Shown here: one piece after another, positions 39,701-49,981 of the stretch
Position numbering within the stretch: position 1 is the first letter of the stretch
How the letters are laid out: each line of letters begins with the position of its first letter
Source: Candidatus Multivoradales bacterium
GTDB lineage: Bacteria; Acidobacteriota; Thermoanaerobaculia; Multivoradales; JAHEKO01
Length of the DNA: 64,000 bases
Direction: 5' to 3'
Assembly (NCBI GenBank): GCA_965223155.1
Contig: CBDCVR010000013.1
Span: forward strand, 480,001 to 544,000
The notes under the pieces: model-generated
Told to the model about the DNA's origin: nothing
Databases searched by the model: none
What the model saw: the letters and a program-made list of their open reading frames with translations, nothing else
Program-made: the position numbers and the translations under genes

Positions 39701-41122
39701 TCAGCCGATCAAGTAGTCGATCAGAAGCGAGGCCAGACCGAAGTAGATGATGATGCCGCTGATGTCGTTCGAGGTCGTGACCAACGGCCCCGAGGCGACC
39801 GCCGGGTCGAACCCCAGACGCTGAAAGATCAGCGGTACGAGGGCGCCGTTGACCGAGGCCACGAGGATCGCCAGAAAGAGCGAGATGCCGACGACGGCGG
39901 CGTAGGGTCCGAGCGCCACCCCGGTCCCTCCGAGATCCAGAATGCCCAGCCTGGGCATCAAGTAGGCGGCACCCGCGGCCAGGGCCGAGCAGGCGAGGCC
40001 GATGATCGCGCCCACCTTGATCTGCTGCCAAAGGAATTGACGGGAAGGACCGCCCCGCTCCGCGATCCGGCCCGTCGCCAGACCCCGAACCGCGATGGTG
40101 GAGGTCTGGGCGCCGATGTTGCCGCCCATGCCCATAATGACCGGCACGAAAGGCAACAGGATGAGCGCCTGCTCCATGCGCAGCTCGAACCAATGGATCA
40201 GCAGGCCCGCGAGCCCCAAGCCCACGAGGTTGATCACCAGCCAGGGAAACCGGATGCCGAAGACCTTGAACGACCGGTCTTCGTAGACGATCTCGTCGTC
40301 CGAGGTACCGACCATCTTGAAGAAATCCTCGGTGGCCTCCTCGCGAACGACGTCGATGATGTCGTCCACGGTCACGATTCCGAGCAGCTCGTTGCCGGAG
40401 TCGGTCACCGGAATCGCCAGCAGACCATACCGGCTGGCGAGCTGAGCCACCTCTTCCTGGTCGGTGTCGATGTCCGCCTGGATGATCGACGTGGTCATGA
40501 GCTCGCGCAGCGGCTTCGACGGCGCGTTGAGCAAGAGCTGACGCAGCGAGGTCACTCCCACCAGGCGGCCGCCGTCGTCGACCACATACAGATAGAACAC
40601 GTTGGTTCGATCAGTGCCATCCTGGATCGCCGAGATGGCCTCGCCCACCGTCGTATCCTCGGGCAGGGCCAGAAACTCCGAGTCCATGATCCTGCCGGCG
40701 GAGTCCTCCTCGTAGGTGAGGTGCTCGCGGACGTCCTCCAGTTCGGGTCGCTGCACCAACTCCATGATCTCGGCCTGGAGCTCCGGAGGCAGGTCTTCGA
40801 CCACCCCGACGGCGTCGTCGATCGCCATCTCGCCGAAGAGCTTCGCGACGTCGGCGTCGTCCAGCTCCTCGATCAGCTTGGAGCGCTGCGCGGGTTCGAG
40901 ATCGGTCAACACGTCGCCGACGGTCTCGGAGAAATCGGACAGCAGGATCCGGAAGACGGTCGCCTGCTCCGCCGGCGTCAGGCCTCGTAATTGCAGCGCC
41001 ACGTCTTCGGGCCGCGTCTTGGCCAGAAGATTCGATACGTGGGCGTGGGATCCGCGCCGCACGAAGCGCCGAAACGAGGCTCCCAGGAGCTCCGCCTTAC
41101 GGGGAGAAACCGTCGATTCCAT
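39701..41122 (-). CDS. mgtE: Magnesium transporter MgtE
   Basis: N domain, CBS pair (YEEDSAGRIM, GIVTVDD), MGGNIGAQ, DPAVASGPLVTT. Confidence 0.95.
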   Translation of the reverse strand: MESTVSPRKAELLGASFRRFVRRGSHAHVSNLLAKTRPEDVALQLRGLTPAEQATVFRILLSDFSETVGDVLTDLEPAQRSKLIEELDDADVAKLFGEMAIDDAVGVVEDLPPELQAEIMELVQRPELEDVREHLTYEEDSAGRIMDSEFLALPEDTTVGEAISAIQDGTDRTNVFYLYVVDDGGRLVGVTSLRQLLLNAPSKPLRELMTTSIIQADIDTDQEEVAQLASRYGLLAIPVTDSGNELLGIVTVDDIIDVVREEATEDFFKMVGTSDDEIVYEDRSFKVFGIRFPWLVINLVGLGLAGLLIHWFELRMEQALILLPFVPVIMGMGGNIGAQTSTIAVRGLATGRIAERGGPSRQFLWQQIKVGAIIGLACSALAAGAAYLMPRLGILDLGGTGVALGPYAAVVGISLFLAILVASVNGALVPLIFQRLGFDPAVASGPLVTTSNDISGIIIYFGLASLLIDYLIG

Positions 41123-41182
41123 AAGCCGCGAATGCTAGCATAGGCAGCCTCGCCGCCGAGTCCACAAAACCCCGAAAAACCC

Positions 41183-42988
41183 TTGAGTTATCGACAGTTT
41201 CCCTGCCCGTCTCCGCCATCTCGAAGGCGCGCCCCGCGCCGGCTTGCCGCGGTCCTGGGCGCTGTCGTGGGCCTGGCCGGAGCGGTTGCGGCGTTCGCCG
41301 GGATCCGCTCCTTCGAGATCAGCCAGACCGCCCTGCTCGAGACCCAACCGCCGACCCTCCGCGCCTACGCCCGCCTCCTGGACGAACGCAACCAGCCGAT
41401 CGACGCCCTGGCCGGAGTCACCGTGACTGGAAGCCTGGGCGTCCGCGCCCTACCGCTCCAGGCGGTACGACCCTTCGCCGAGACCGGCCAGGGGGTCGCC
41501 TACGTCTTTCTGGTGGACATCTCCAAGTCGCTCAGCGAGCGCGAGTTCGGCTTGATCCAGAGCTCTCTGGAGGGCTGGATCTCCGGCCTGAAGCCGGCGG
41601 ACCGCGCGGCGATCCTGGCTTTCGGCAACCAGAGCCGGCTGGTGGTCGACTTCACCTCCGACGCCGCCGCCCTGCGCAGCGGCATCGCAGCCCTTGGACC
41701 CACCGACGACCAGACCGTCTTCTTCGAGGCGCTCAAGGACGGCTTCGAGCTGGCCCGGCGCCGGGATCCCGGGCTGCCGGCCCGGCGCGCTCTCATCGTC
41801 CTGACCGATGGCCGGGACGAAGGCAGCGGCTGGGTCGTGGACGACATCCTGGAGGATCTACGCAATGACTCGGTGCCCTTGTTCGCGATCGGCCTGAGCC
41901 GGATCCGGGACCTGGACGAGCGCGAGCGCTACCTGAGACTCTTGCAGCGGCTGGCCACCAACTCGGGAGGCACCTACTTTCGGGGCACTACCCAGACCAT
42001 CGACGCCTCGTACCGGTCGATCCGGGAGGCCGTGGAGACGATCTGGGTGCTGGATTTCGGCTGCGGCTCCTGCCCTCTGGACGGCCGCAACTACCGCCTT
42101 CAGGCAAATCTCTCCGAAGCCGGCAGAGTCTTCTCCGACGGGCGCAGCGTCCGCCTCCTGCCCCCAACCGGCCTGGCCGCGTCCGGCGCCGGCAGCGGAT
42201 CGTCGCCGTCGGAGGAGGGAGCCGCGCCTCCCGCACTGGTCCCCGCCGCGTCCGCGCCAGCGGCGCCTCTCGAGACCGATCCGGGATCGGAGCTGGGGCC
42301 GGGCACGGGACCCGGTCTGGAGAAGCCCCGCCCCTCGGAACCGGCGCCGGGATCTGATCCCTCCCAGAAGCAGGACGCAGCGGCGGATCCTGACGGCGAG
42401 CCCGGGACAGCGGCCCCGGCCGGCCAGGGCACCTTGACCAAGCTGCTCGGCCCTGCGGTCGCTCTCCTGATCCTGGCGCTCGTCGGCTGGTGGTTCCTGG
42501 GCCGCCGCAAGCGCTCGCCGGTGACTTCGCCGCCCTCCGAGGCCATGAGCTCGGAGCCGGAAGCCGTGAAGGAAACCGCCTCTCCGCCTGCTGCCGGCCG
42601 GGACGAGGGTTTCCGGACTTCGGGAGGAGTCGCGACCACCCGTCCACCGCGGCCCTGGAAGCTACGGGTCGTGCGCCTCGTCGTGGTCCGGGGCAGCAAA
42701 CCGGGCAAGCAATACACCGTGACCCTGCTGGAACGAGCCAAGGTCGGAGCCCGATCGGACTGCGACTGTGTCCTGGTCGGCGAGCCCGGGGTCGAGGCCG
42801 AGCAATTCGAGCTCTTCCAGCTCGACGGCAACGTCTTCGTCCGCAACCTGGCGCGGTCCAATCCGACCCTGATCGACGGCCTCCCCATCGAGGATCGCCA
42901 GCCCATCCAGAGCGATACCCTGCTCGGCACCCGGGAGTTCATCGTACGGATTCTCTTCGGCGAGGGCCGCGCCACGACCCGTGTCTGA
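41183..42988 (+). CDS. Membrane protein: VWA domain, Pro/Ala linker, TM helix, FHA-like domain
   Basis: Signal/TM segment, MIDAS VDISKS and LTDGRD, TM helix AVALLILALVGWWFL, C-terminal FHA-like beta sandwich; start uncertain. Confidence 0.8.
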   Translation: MSYRQFPCPSPPSRRRAPRRLAAVLGAVVGLAGAVAAFAGIRSFEISQTALLETQPPTLRAYARLLDERNQPIDALAGVTVTGSLGVRALPLQAVRPFAETGQGVAYVFLVDISKSLSEREFGLIQSSLEGWISGLKPADRAAILAFGNQSRLVVDFTSDAAALRSGIAALGPTDDQTVFFEALKDGFELARRRDPGLPARRALIVLTDGRDEGSGWVVDDILEDLRNDSVPLFAIGLSRIRDLDERERYLRLLQRLATNSGGTYFRGTTQTIDASYRSIREAVETIWVLDFGCGSCPLDGRNYRLQANLSEAGRVFSDGRSVRLLPPTGLAASGAGSGSSPSEEGAAPPALVPAASAPAAPLETDPGSELGPGTGPGLEKPRPSEPAPGSDPSQKQDAAADPDGEPGTAAPAGQGTLTKLLGPAVALLILALVGWWFLGRRKRSPVTSPPSEAMSSEPEAVKETASPPAAGRDEGFRTSGGVATTRPPRPWKLRVVRLVVVRGSKPGKQYTVTLLERAKVGARSDCDCVLVGEPGVEAEQFELFQLDGNVFVRNLARSNPTLIDGLPIEDRQPIQSDTLLGTREFIVRILFGEGRATTRV

Positions 42989-44401
42989 ATCCCGCCTTCG
43001 GCAACTCCAACGGGCCTGCTTGCCGCGGCTGGCCCGGATTCCGGTTGTGGACCTGACCGCGGGCCTGGCCGCGAGCCTCCTCGCGACGTTCCTGGGCGTC
43101 GCTACCGTGCACGCCTGGAGCGGCGACCCGGCGCCGGCGGAAGAGGAGGCCACAACCGCCACCGAGCCCGCGGCGGCGGAGACCTCCGAAGAAGGCGACC
43201 CGGACGGCGCCGTCACCGAGTCCGCCGGGTCTCCGACATCGCCTAAGTCCCGAAAGGCCAAGAAGGCCGGCAAGTCGCGAGACTCCTCCGACGACGCCGA
43301 ATCCGCCGCATCCAAAACGTCTAAGAATTCCGATCGAACCGAGAAGCCCGAGGCGGACGACGAGAACGACCTCGCCGACGAGGACGCCGAAGAGCCGCCC
43401 AAGACCCGCGTCACCATCACCAGCGATGCTCCCGCCAACGTCTTTGCCCGGGGCGAGGCCCTCGGACCGGTCACTCCGAAGCACCAGTAACCTTCGAGGT
43501 CTCGATCGAGACCGAGACTCTTGTCGCCACCGCGGCCGAGGCCGCGGCGGCCAGGTGGACGCAGGCGGTCGAGCTCAGCGAAGACGAACCGGTCAGCTTT
43601 GAAATTCCGATGCTCGAGATTCTCGAGACGCTACGCAAGACCGAGCGTCGCGACAAGGTGTTTCGGGTGCTGGACGACGGCATCATGTGGACCAAGCAGG
43701 ACAACGGCCGGGCCCTGCGCTGGGCCGAGGCCGTCGCCCACTGCCGCGACTCGCTCCTGGGCGGCTGGGACAATTGGCGCCTGCCCAGCCTGGCCGAGCT
43801 GGAGTCGCTCCAGGCGCTCTGGTCCTTGGCCGCGTACAAGATCGTCGGCGGCATCCAGATGACCGACTGCTGTCAGTGGAGCACCGACGCGGCTTCCGAG
43901 AGCCACGCCTGGAACTTCAACTTCCGTTTCCGGCGCGCCTTCGAGACCGACAAGCGGCTGGCCTCCGGACTGCGCGCGCTCTGCATCCGGGAGATGGAGG
44001 CCGACGAGCTGGAGGCGGCTCGCTACGCCGCCGACCCCAAAGTGCAGAAGCAGAAACGGCAGCAGCGCGAGGAGCGCCTGGCCACCAAGAAGGAGCGCCA
44101 GCTCGAGCGCAGGGCGCGCAAGAAGACGCGCGAAGCCGCCCGCGAGTCCGATCCGTCCAATGAGCCCGATCAGCCCAATCAAGAAAACCAAGACGATCGG
44201 GGCGTCGGTCCTGACGCGGGCCATGGCGACGCGGAGACCGGACCCGAGCCGGCCGCCCCCGCTGAGCCGGGCTCACCGGACGAGGCGGCACCGTCTCCCG
44301 AGCCAACGGAGCTATCCGAGCCAGCGGAGGCAGCAAGCGCAGCGGAGTCAGCTGAGTCCGATGACAGCTCCGAGTCCTCGGACCCGCCCGGTCGCAACTA
44401 G
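42981..44401 (+). CDS. Secreted DUF1566 (Lcl C-terminal) domain protein split by a 1-nt frameshift near 43478
   Basis: ORF 42981..43490 (signal peptide, acidic linker) continues in the -1 frame into GIMW...WAEAVAHC...GGWDNWRLPSLAEL...AWNFNF...ALCIR (43610..44401). Confidence 0.72.
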
Positions 44402-44438
44402 AATCGCTGCGGTAGACTCACAGAGCACGGGAGAGACC

Positions 44439-44993
44439 ATGGCTGAGCTCGAAGAATCGTCCGCAAGCCGGACCAAGAAGCAGCGGGGATCGCGTATCCC
44501 CTTGGTGATCGGTTTGGCCGCCCTCGGAGGCGGCGCCTGGCTGCTTCTCAACTCCCGGGGCTTCGCCATCCCTCAATTCAAGGACCTCTGGCCTTTCCTG
44601 CTGATCCTTGCCGGCTTCGGCACCCTCGCCGACTACATGTTTCTGAGCCGGAGGCCGGGCTCGGCGGGTTGGTCGGTCGTGCTGGTCGGACTCGGCGTCC
44701 TGGCCTTCGCCCTGACCCTCGATTACACCACCTGGAAGCGCATTCTGGACTGGCTGCCCAGCTTCCCCACCATCATCGGCCTGGGGCTCCTGACCACCTG
44801 GATCGCCGGCGCCCGCGACAACGCCAACCTGCCGGTAGCGGGCATGATCCTCTTGAGTCTCGGCATCATGGGCTTCGGCGCCCGCTTCGACTGGCTCAAG
44901 GAGATCCTGCCGTCGGTTCAGGTCTTTTGGGCGATCTTGCTGGTCGTCGCCGGCGGCTACCTCGTCTATCGCTACGGCCGCGGGCGCGGCTAG
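44439..44993 (+). CDS. Integral membrane protein with LiaF/LiaI-like (DUF5668-like) TM repeats
   Basis: Repeated hydrophobic segments with LWPFLLI / WLPSFPTIIG / FWAILLV; GGGAGAG SD before ATG at 44439. Confidence 0.65.
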   Translation: MAELEESSASRTKKQRGSRIPLVIGLAALGGGAWLLLNSRGFAIPQFKDLWPFLLILAGFGTLADYMFLSRRPGSAGWSVVLVGLGVLAFALTLDYTTWKRILDWLPSFPTIIGLGLLTTWIAGARDNANLPVAGMILLSLGIMGFGARFDWLKEILPSVQVFWAILLVVAGGYLVYRYGRGRG

Positions 44994-45015
44994 ATCCCGC
45001 CGAAGAGATTCTGGG

Positions 45016-45564
45016 ATGAATCAGCCGTACCGTGTCAAGGGCAGCTCGATCCGGTCCAAGCTCGACTTCGTGCACGAGGAGCTGGGCGCAGAGGCCGAAC
45101 AGAGGCTGCACGATAGGTTCGCCCAGGTCCAGGATCTCGAGTCCATCCTGGACTCGGCTTGGTATCCGTTCGAGCTCTACGACGGCGTCAACCGAGCCAT
45201 CGCCGATCTCTTCTTCGGCGGCGACCTGAGTCAGCTCGAGCGGGTCGGCGCTTTTTCCGCCGAGAAGGCTCTGAGCAGCGTCTACGGCGCCTTCGTCGCC
45301 GGCGGGGACTTCGTCAGCTTTCTCAACCGCGCCGCCCTCCTGCATCAGCGGTTCTATGACGTCGGCACCACCGAGGTCACGATCGGCGAAGACCGCAAGT
45401 CCGCGACCATCGTCCATCGCGAAGCGCCAACCTACTCCCGGGCCGACCTCTTCGTGGCCTCAGGCTTCTACAAAGGCGCGGGGCGCAAGCTCGGCCTGGA
45501 CGAAGTACGCTCCGAGTTCACCTTCGACGAGACCGGCGCTCGCTTCGAGCTTTCCTGGGACTAG
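45016..45564 (+). CDS. DUF2378 / TIGR02265-like protein
   Basis: VKG N-terminus, ILDSAWYPF, G-x-FSAE motif, 182 aa. Confidence 0.65.
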   Translation: MNQPYRVKGSSIRSKLDFVHEELGAEAEQRLHDRFAQVQDLESILDSAWYPFELYDGVNRAIADLFFGGDLSQLERVGAFSAEKALSSVYGAFVAGGDFVSFLNRAALLHQRFYDVGTTEVTIGEDRKSATIVHREAPTYSRADLFVASGFYKGAGRKLGLDEVRSEFTFDETGARFELSWD

Positions 45565-47197
45565 CCGCCACCAGGCCGGAAAGCTCCTCCAGGGTAACCC
45601 CTAGCCGGCGGGCCGTGGCCGCCGCCAGAGACGTCCCCGCCACCCCTGGAACAAACTGGTAGGTGGAGCGCTCGCTCACCATCTCCACCTGCAGAAATTC
45701 GATACCGTCCACCGGCCGGTCGGCCTCGAGCTGGCGAGCGAAGTCCAGGAAGTGGGTGGTGATCAGGCCCACCGGCCGGACTCGCCGCAGGAGACGCAGA
45801 ACCATCAGCACGATCTCTTCGGCCTCCGAGGGGTTGGTGCCGGAACAGAGCTCGTCGATCAGCACCATCGAACGCTCACCCACCGACTCGAAGACCCGGC
45901 GAATCCTCAAGAGCTCGGTGCCCAGCCGGCCCTCGCGCTGGTCGACGCTGGCGCGCTCGGCGGCCGAGGCCATCAGACCGTCCACAAGCGGCAGCCGCGC
46001 CTCTCGCGCCGGCACGTAGAGGCCCGATTGACCCAACACCTGGGCAAGGCCCACCGCCTGCAACAGCCGCGTCTTGCCGCCCGAGTTGGGACCGGTCACA
46101 AGAACGATGGGATCGTCGCGGGATGCCGCGAGCCGAGAGGCAACGGGGGTGCCCTGACGGAACAGCAGCGGATTGAAGAGCCCGTCCAGGTGCAAGACTC
46201 CGTCCTCCGGAAACCGGGCCTTGACAACTTCCAGGCCGGCGGCCCCGGCGCGCTCCCGAAAGGCGAGGGCGCCCAGGTAGAACGACAGCTGGCAATGCAA
46301 CTGAAGAAGCGGCTTGATCCAGTCGCTCAGCTCCATGAAGACGGCGTGTACGACACGGTTCACGAGCTCCTTGTTGCTGAACTCGAAGCCCCTGCGAACG
46401 AGCTCGAACCTCTGCTTCAAGCGCTTCCAGGGCGTGAGGTAGAACGGGTTCGATTCGTTCTCGGCCAGCCGTTGCAACTCGAGGGCGCGAATCTTGCCGT
46501 CAGCCCCGATACGAATCCGGAAGTCCAGCCGGGCCAAGTCGTTCTCGAAGTCCAGCAACGCGGCCATCAGCCGGTACTCCTCACTCCCCTGCGCCGCCGT
46601 GCCGGTCTCGGCCAGGCGCGCTAGGCCCGAGGTCGCCGCCGCGAACCGGTCGGCCATGCCGTCGATGATCTGCTTGGCCTGCTCCAGGATCTCCAGGCGG
46701 AAGAGGGTGATGTCGAGCTTGGCCCGCTTGTGCGGCGCGCGAAACAAGGACAGCAGATGAAAAAGATCGCGCGACAGCCCGTCGACCTCGTCGCGAAGTG
46801 CATCGTCCGTCTCGAGCTCCAACAACACCGCTTGCCGGAACCGGATCGCGGCCAGGCTCCCCGGCGGCCTGGCCAGAATCGCCCTGAGATAGGCCTTGTT
46901 GACCGGTGTCGGCTGGCCGGCCGCGTCAGCCTCGAAGCACTCTTCCACCAGCTCGTCCAGAAAGAGCTCGTCTTCGAAGAGCTCCGGCTGCCAGCTCGAG
47001 CCCGTCACTTCGGGCTCGGCAAGGGCCCGCTCCAGCCGGTCGGCGGCGCCGCCACCCAGAAACGAGATCTCCATGAGCTCGCTCAACGCGGCGTCGTCGA
47101 GGGCCAGCCGGGGCCGCTCGAAGAGCAAGTCGGGCACCGGAATCCTGGAACGCCGCCGCCCCGGAGAAAGCGGCGCCTGCGCGGTGTCCGGCGGCAT
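45518..47197 (-). CDS. Short MutS-related ATPase (domain V, no mismatch-binding domain)
   Basis: TGPNSGGKT, EGRLGTEL, LIDELCSGTN, ITTHF; about 560 aa. Confidence 0.85.
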   Translation of the reverse strand: MPPDTAQAPLSPGRRRSRIPVPDLLFERPRLALDDAALSELMEISFLGGGAADRLERALAEPEVTGSSWQPELFEDELFLDELVEECFEADAAGQPTPVNKAYLRAILARPPGSLAAIRFRQAVLLELETDDALRDEVDGLSRDLFHLLSLFRAPHKRAKLDITLFRLEILEQAKQIIDGMADRFAAATSGLARLAETGTAAQGSEEYRLMAALLDFENDLARLDFRIRIGADGKIRALELQRLAENESNPFYLTPWKRLKQRFELVRRGFEFSNKELVNRVVHAVFMELSDWIKPLLQLHCQLSFYLGALAFRERAGAAGLEVVKARFPEDGVLHLDGLFNPLLFRQGTPVASRLAASRDDPIVLVTGPNSGGKTRLLQAVGLAQVLGQSGLYVPAREARLPLVDGLMASAAERASVDQREGRLGTELLRIRRVFESVGERSMVLIDELCSGTNPSEAEEIVLMVLRLLRRVRPVGLITTHFLDFARQLEADRPVDGIEFLQVEMVSERSTYQFVPGVAGTSLAAATARRLGVTLEELSGLVAASPRKARSERRSRRR

Positions 47198-47405
47198 GGA
47201 GACCATGCTACTACTCGCCGGCAAGGGCCCGCCGGGGTCGGGCCGGGACAGACCAGGCGGGACGCGGGGGCTTGATACACTCTCGCCCGCCGCATGATCC
47301 GCCGGCTCGACCGTGTTCGAGCCCCCGCCCGGTCGGGCCATCGGCGCCTGGCGACGCGGCCTTTCCCTCTCTGCTGCCGTCGTCGCCTCCGAAGGGGACC
47401 GCACC

Positions 47406-48509
47406 ATGGAGTTTTTTGAGCGCATCGTAGATATGGGACACGAGCGAGTGCTGCTTTGTTCCAACCCCGACGTCGGATTGCGGGCGATCATCGCGGTGCA
47501 CTCCACAGTCTTGGGCCCAGGGCTCGGCGGCTGCCGGATCTGGCCCTTCGAAAGCGACGAGGACGCCCTGATCGACGCCCTTCGGCTGTCTCGAGGCATG
47601 ACCTACAAGGCCGCAGCCGCCGGCCTCAACCTGGGCGGCGGCAAGGCGGTCATCATCGGCGACCCCAAGACCATCAAGAGCGAAGCGCTGTTCCGCTCCT
47701 TCGGCCGCTACGTCGAGTCCTTGAACGGGCTCTACATCACCGCCGAGGACGTGGGTACCGACATGGAGGACATGGAGCTCATCCTGACCGAGACCCGCTG
47801 GGTCACGGGAGTGGCGCCCGCGCATGGCGGGGGCGGCGATCCGTCTCCGGTGACCGCCCACGGCGTCTTCCAAGGCATCAAGGCCGCCGCGGCCGAGCAC
47901 TGGGGGGAGCCCGGCCTAGCCGGAAAGTCGGTGGCGATCCAGGGTCTCGGAAGCGTCGGCTACTACTTGGCGAGCTACCTGCGCGAGGAAGGCGCAAAGC
48001 TCTTCGGCGCCGACATCGACCGGGAGCAGGCCAACAAGGCGGCCTCCGAGCTGGGAGTCGAGCTGGTGGCGCCGGACGAGATCCTGGAGATCGACTGCGA
48101 CGTCTTGGCGCCCTGCGCGCTGGGCGCCATCCTCAATGCCGAGTCCATTCCCAAGCTCCGCTGCCAGATCGTGGCCGGCGGCGCCAACAATCAGCTCGCC
48201 GACGAGGAGCGGGACGGCTTGGCGCTCCACGATCGAGGCATTCTGTACGCTCCCGATTTCGTCATCAACGCCGGCGGCTTGATCAACGTCTACAACGAGC
48301 TGGGCGGCGACTACAACCGGGAACGGGCACTGCGCATGACGCGGGTGATCTACCTCAACTTGAAGCGCGTCTTCGAGATCTCCAAAGAAGAGCGTCTGCC
48401 TACCGGAGTCGCCGCCGACCGGCTGGCAGAGGAGCGCATCGAGACCGTGCGCAAGCTGGGCTCGCGGCACTGGGGCCGGTTCATCCAGGACCGCCCCACC
48501 TACGTCTGA
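47406..48509 (+). CDS. Leucine/valine dehydrogenase (Glu/Leu/Phe/Val family)
   Basis: GPGLGGCR, MTYK, GGGKAVI, TAEDVGT, QGLGSVG, GGANNQL, NAGGLIN. Confidence 0.93.
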   Translation: MEFFERIVDMGHERVLLCSNPDVGLRAIIAVHSTVLGPGLGGCRIWPFESDEDALIDALRLSRGMTYKAAAAGLNLGGGKAVIIGDPKTIKSEALFRSFGRYVESLNGLYITAEDVGTDMEDMELILTETRWVTGVAPAHGGGGDPSPVTAHGVFQGIKAAAAEHWGEPGLAGKSVAIQGLGSVGYYLASYLREEGAKLFGADIDREQANKAASELGVELVAPDEILEIDCDVLAPCALGAILNAESIPKLRCQIVAGGANNQLADEERDGLALHDRGILYAPDFVINAGGLINVYNELGGDYNRERALRMTRVIYLNLKRVFEISKEERLPTGVAADRLAEERIETVRKLGSRHWGRFIQDRPTYV

Positions 48510-48513
48510 CGGG

Positions 48514-49242
48514 TCACTCCTCTTCGGAAGAACAGCCGCCGCCCGCTCCGGCCGGCCCCCCGGCCCTTCGGTCCGCCCCTCGGACGTGGGCGACGATAGT
48601 CTCGATCACCTGATGTGCCGAGAGCTCGCCGGTGTCGATCACGCGGTAGGAGTCGTCCCAGCGTAGGGGCGAGTCCTTGCGGTTGCTGTCGCGATAGTCG
48701 CGCTCGCGCACCTCCCGCTCGACCGCCGCCAGCTCGATGTCATCGCCTGCGTCCTGGAGTTGCAGCCAGCGCCGCTCCGCCCGCACCTCGGGAGAGGCCG
48801 TCAGAAAGAACTTGTGCGGCGTCTCGGGCACCACCCGGGTGCCGATGTCCCGTCCTTCGAGCACGCCGCCATGTTCGCGGGCGCAGCGTCGCTGGATCGA
48901 GCGCATGCGCCGGCGCACCCCCGGATACACGGAGGTCTTCGAGGTCGCGTCCGCGACTTCGAGGGTGTAGATGCGGTCGCCGACCGGGCGTCCGCTCAGG
49001 CGAATCTCGAAGCTGCCGCCATCGCCGGCCGCGACCCGCAAGTCCAGCTCCTCGGCCAGCGTCTCCACTGCCTCGCGGTCTTCGGGGTCCACGCTCCGCT
49101 CGAGTACCTCGAGCCCCAGGGTGCGGTACATGGCGCCGGTCTCGAGATAGGGCACGCCCAGGTACTCGGCGACCACCCTGGCGACGGTCGATTTGCCGAC
49201 GCCGGAAGGGCCGTCGATCGCCACGATCAGCGGCGCGCTCAC
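48514..49242 (-). CDS. cmk: Cytidylate kinase
   Basis: IDGPSGVGKST, TGAMYR, EGRDIGT, ERDYRD. Confidence 0.96.
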   Translation of the reverse strand: MSAPLIVAIDGPSGVGKSTVARVVAEYLGVPYLETGAMYRTLGLEVLERSVDPEDREAVETLAEELDLRVAAGDGGSFEIRLSGRPVGDRIYTLEVADATSKTSVYPGVRRRMRSIQRRCAREHGGVLEGRDIGTRVVPETPHKFFLTASPEVRAERRWLQLQDAGDDIELAAVEREVRERDYRDSNRKDSPLRWDDSYRVIDTGELSAHQVIETIVAHVRGADRRAGGPAGAGGGCSSEEE

Positions 49243-49976
49243 CGCCCCGCCATCCTGCCCCGCTCGGCCTCCGACAGCTCACGCAGCGAGCCTTTCGCCA
49301 ACCGGCCGCCGGTAACGCCGCCGATGGCCACCCGGCGCAGGCGCAGGACCGGGTGCCCGACGCGGGCGAACATCTCACGGACCTGCCGGCTCCGGCCCTC
49401 GGTCAGCTCGATCTGCCACCAGGAGTTCTTTTCGAGCGCCCGCGCTCCCCGTACCGAACGGAGCGCCTCGATGCGAGCCGGCAGCGTGCGCTTGCCCTCC
49501 AGCACGATGCCGCGGGCTAGTCTCGCCACCGTCTTGGCGCTCGGCACTCCCTTGACCTTGACCTCGTAGGTCTTGGTACAGCCGAAGCTCGGATGACTCA
49601 GCTTGTGGGCAAAGTCACCGTCGTCGGTAAGGACCAGCAGACCCTCGGTGTCGTAGTCCAGCCGGCCCACCGGAAAGACACGGCGCTCGAGCGCCTTGGG
49701 CAAGAGATCGTAGACGGTGCGGCGCCCCTCGGGATCCGAGCGCGTCGTCAGGTAGCCGGCGGGCTTGTTGAGCAACAGGTACAGGCGCTCCCCGGCCGGC
49801 GGCTGCACCCGGCGCCGGCCCACTTTGATCGCGTCGCGCTCGGGATCCGCCTTGTCCCCCAGCTTGGCGACCTTGCCGTTGACGGTGACCTCGCCCTGGC
49901 GGATCAGCTCCTCCGCCCCGCGCCTGGAGGCGATGCCGGCGCGCGCCAGCACCTTCTGCAACCGCTCCCGGGACAT
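49239..49976 (-). CDS. rluB: Pseudouridine synthase, RluB/RsuA family
   Basis: S4 domain ERLQKVLA, GRLDYDTEGL, EGRSRQVR. Confidence 0.9.
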   Translation of the reverse strand: MSRERLQKVLARAGIASRRGAEELIRQGEVTVNGKVAKLGDKADPERDAIKVGRRRVQPPAGERLYLLLNKPAGYLTTRSDPEGRRTVYDLLPKALERRVFPVGRLDYDTEGLLVLTDDGDFAHKLSHPSFGCTKTYEVKVKGVPSAKTVARLARGIVLEGKRTLPARIEALRSVRGARALEKNSWWQIELTEGRSRQVREMFARVGHPVLRLRRVAIGGVTGGRLAKGSLRELSEAERGRMAGR

Positions 49977-49981
49977 CCTGC

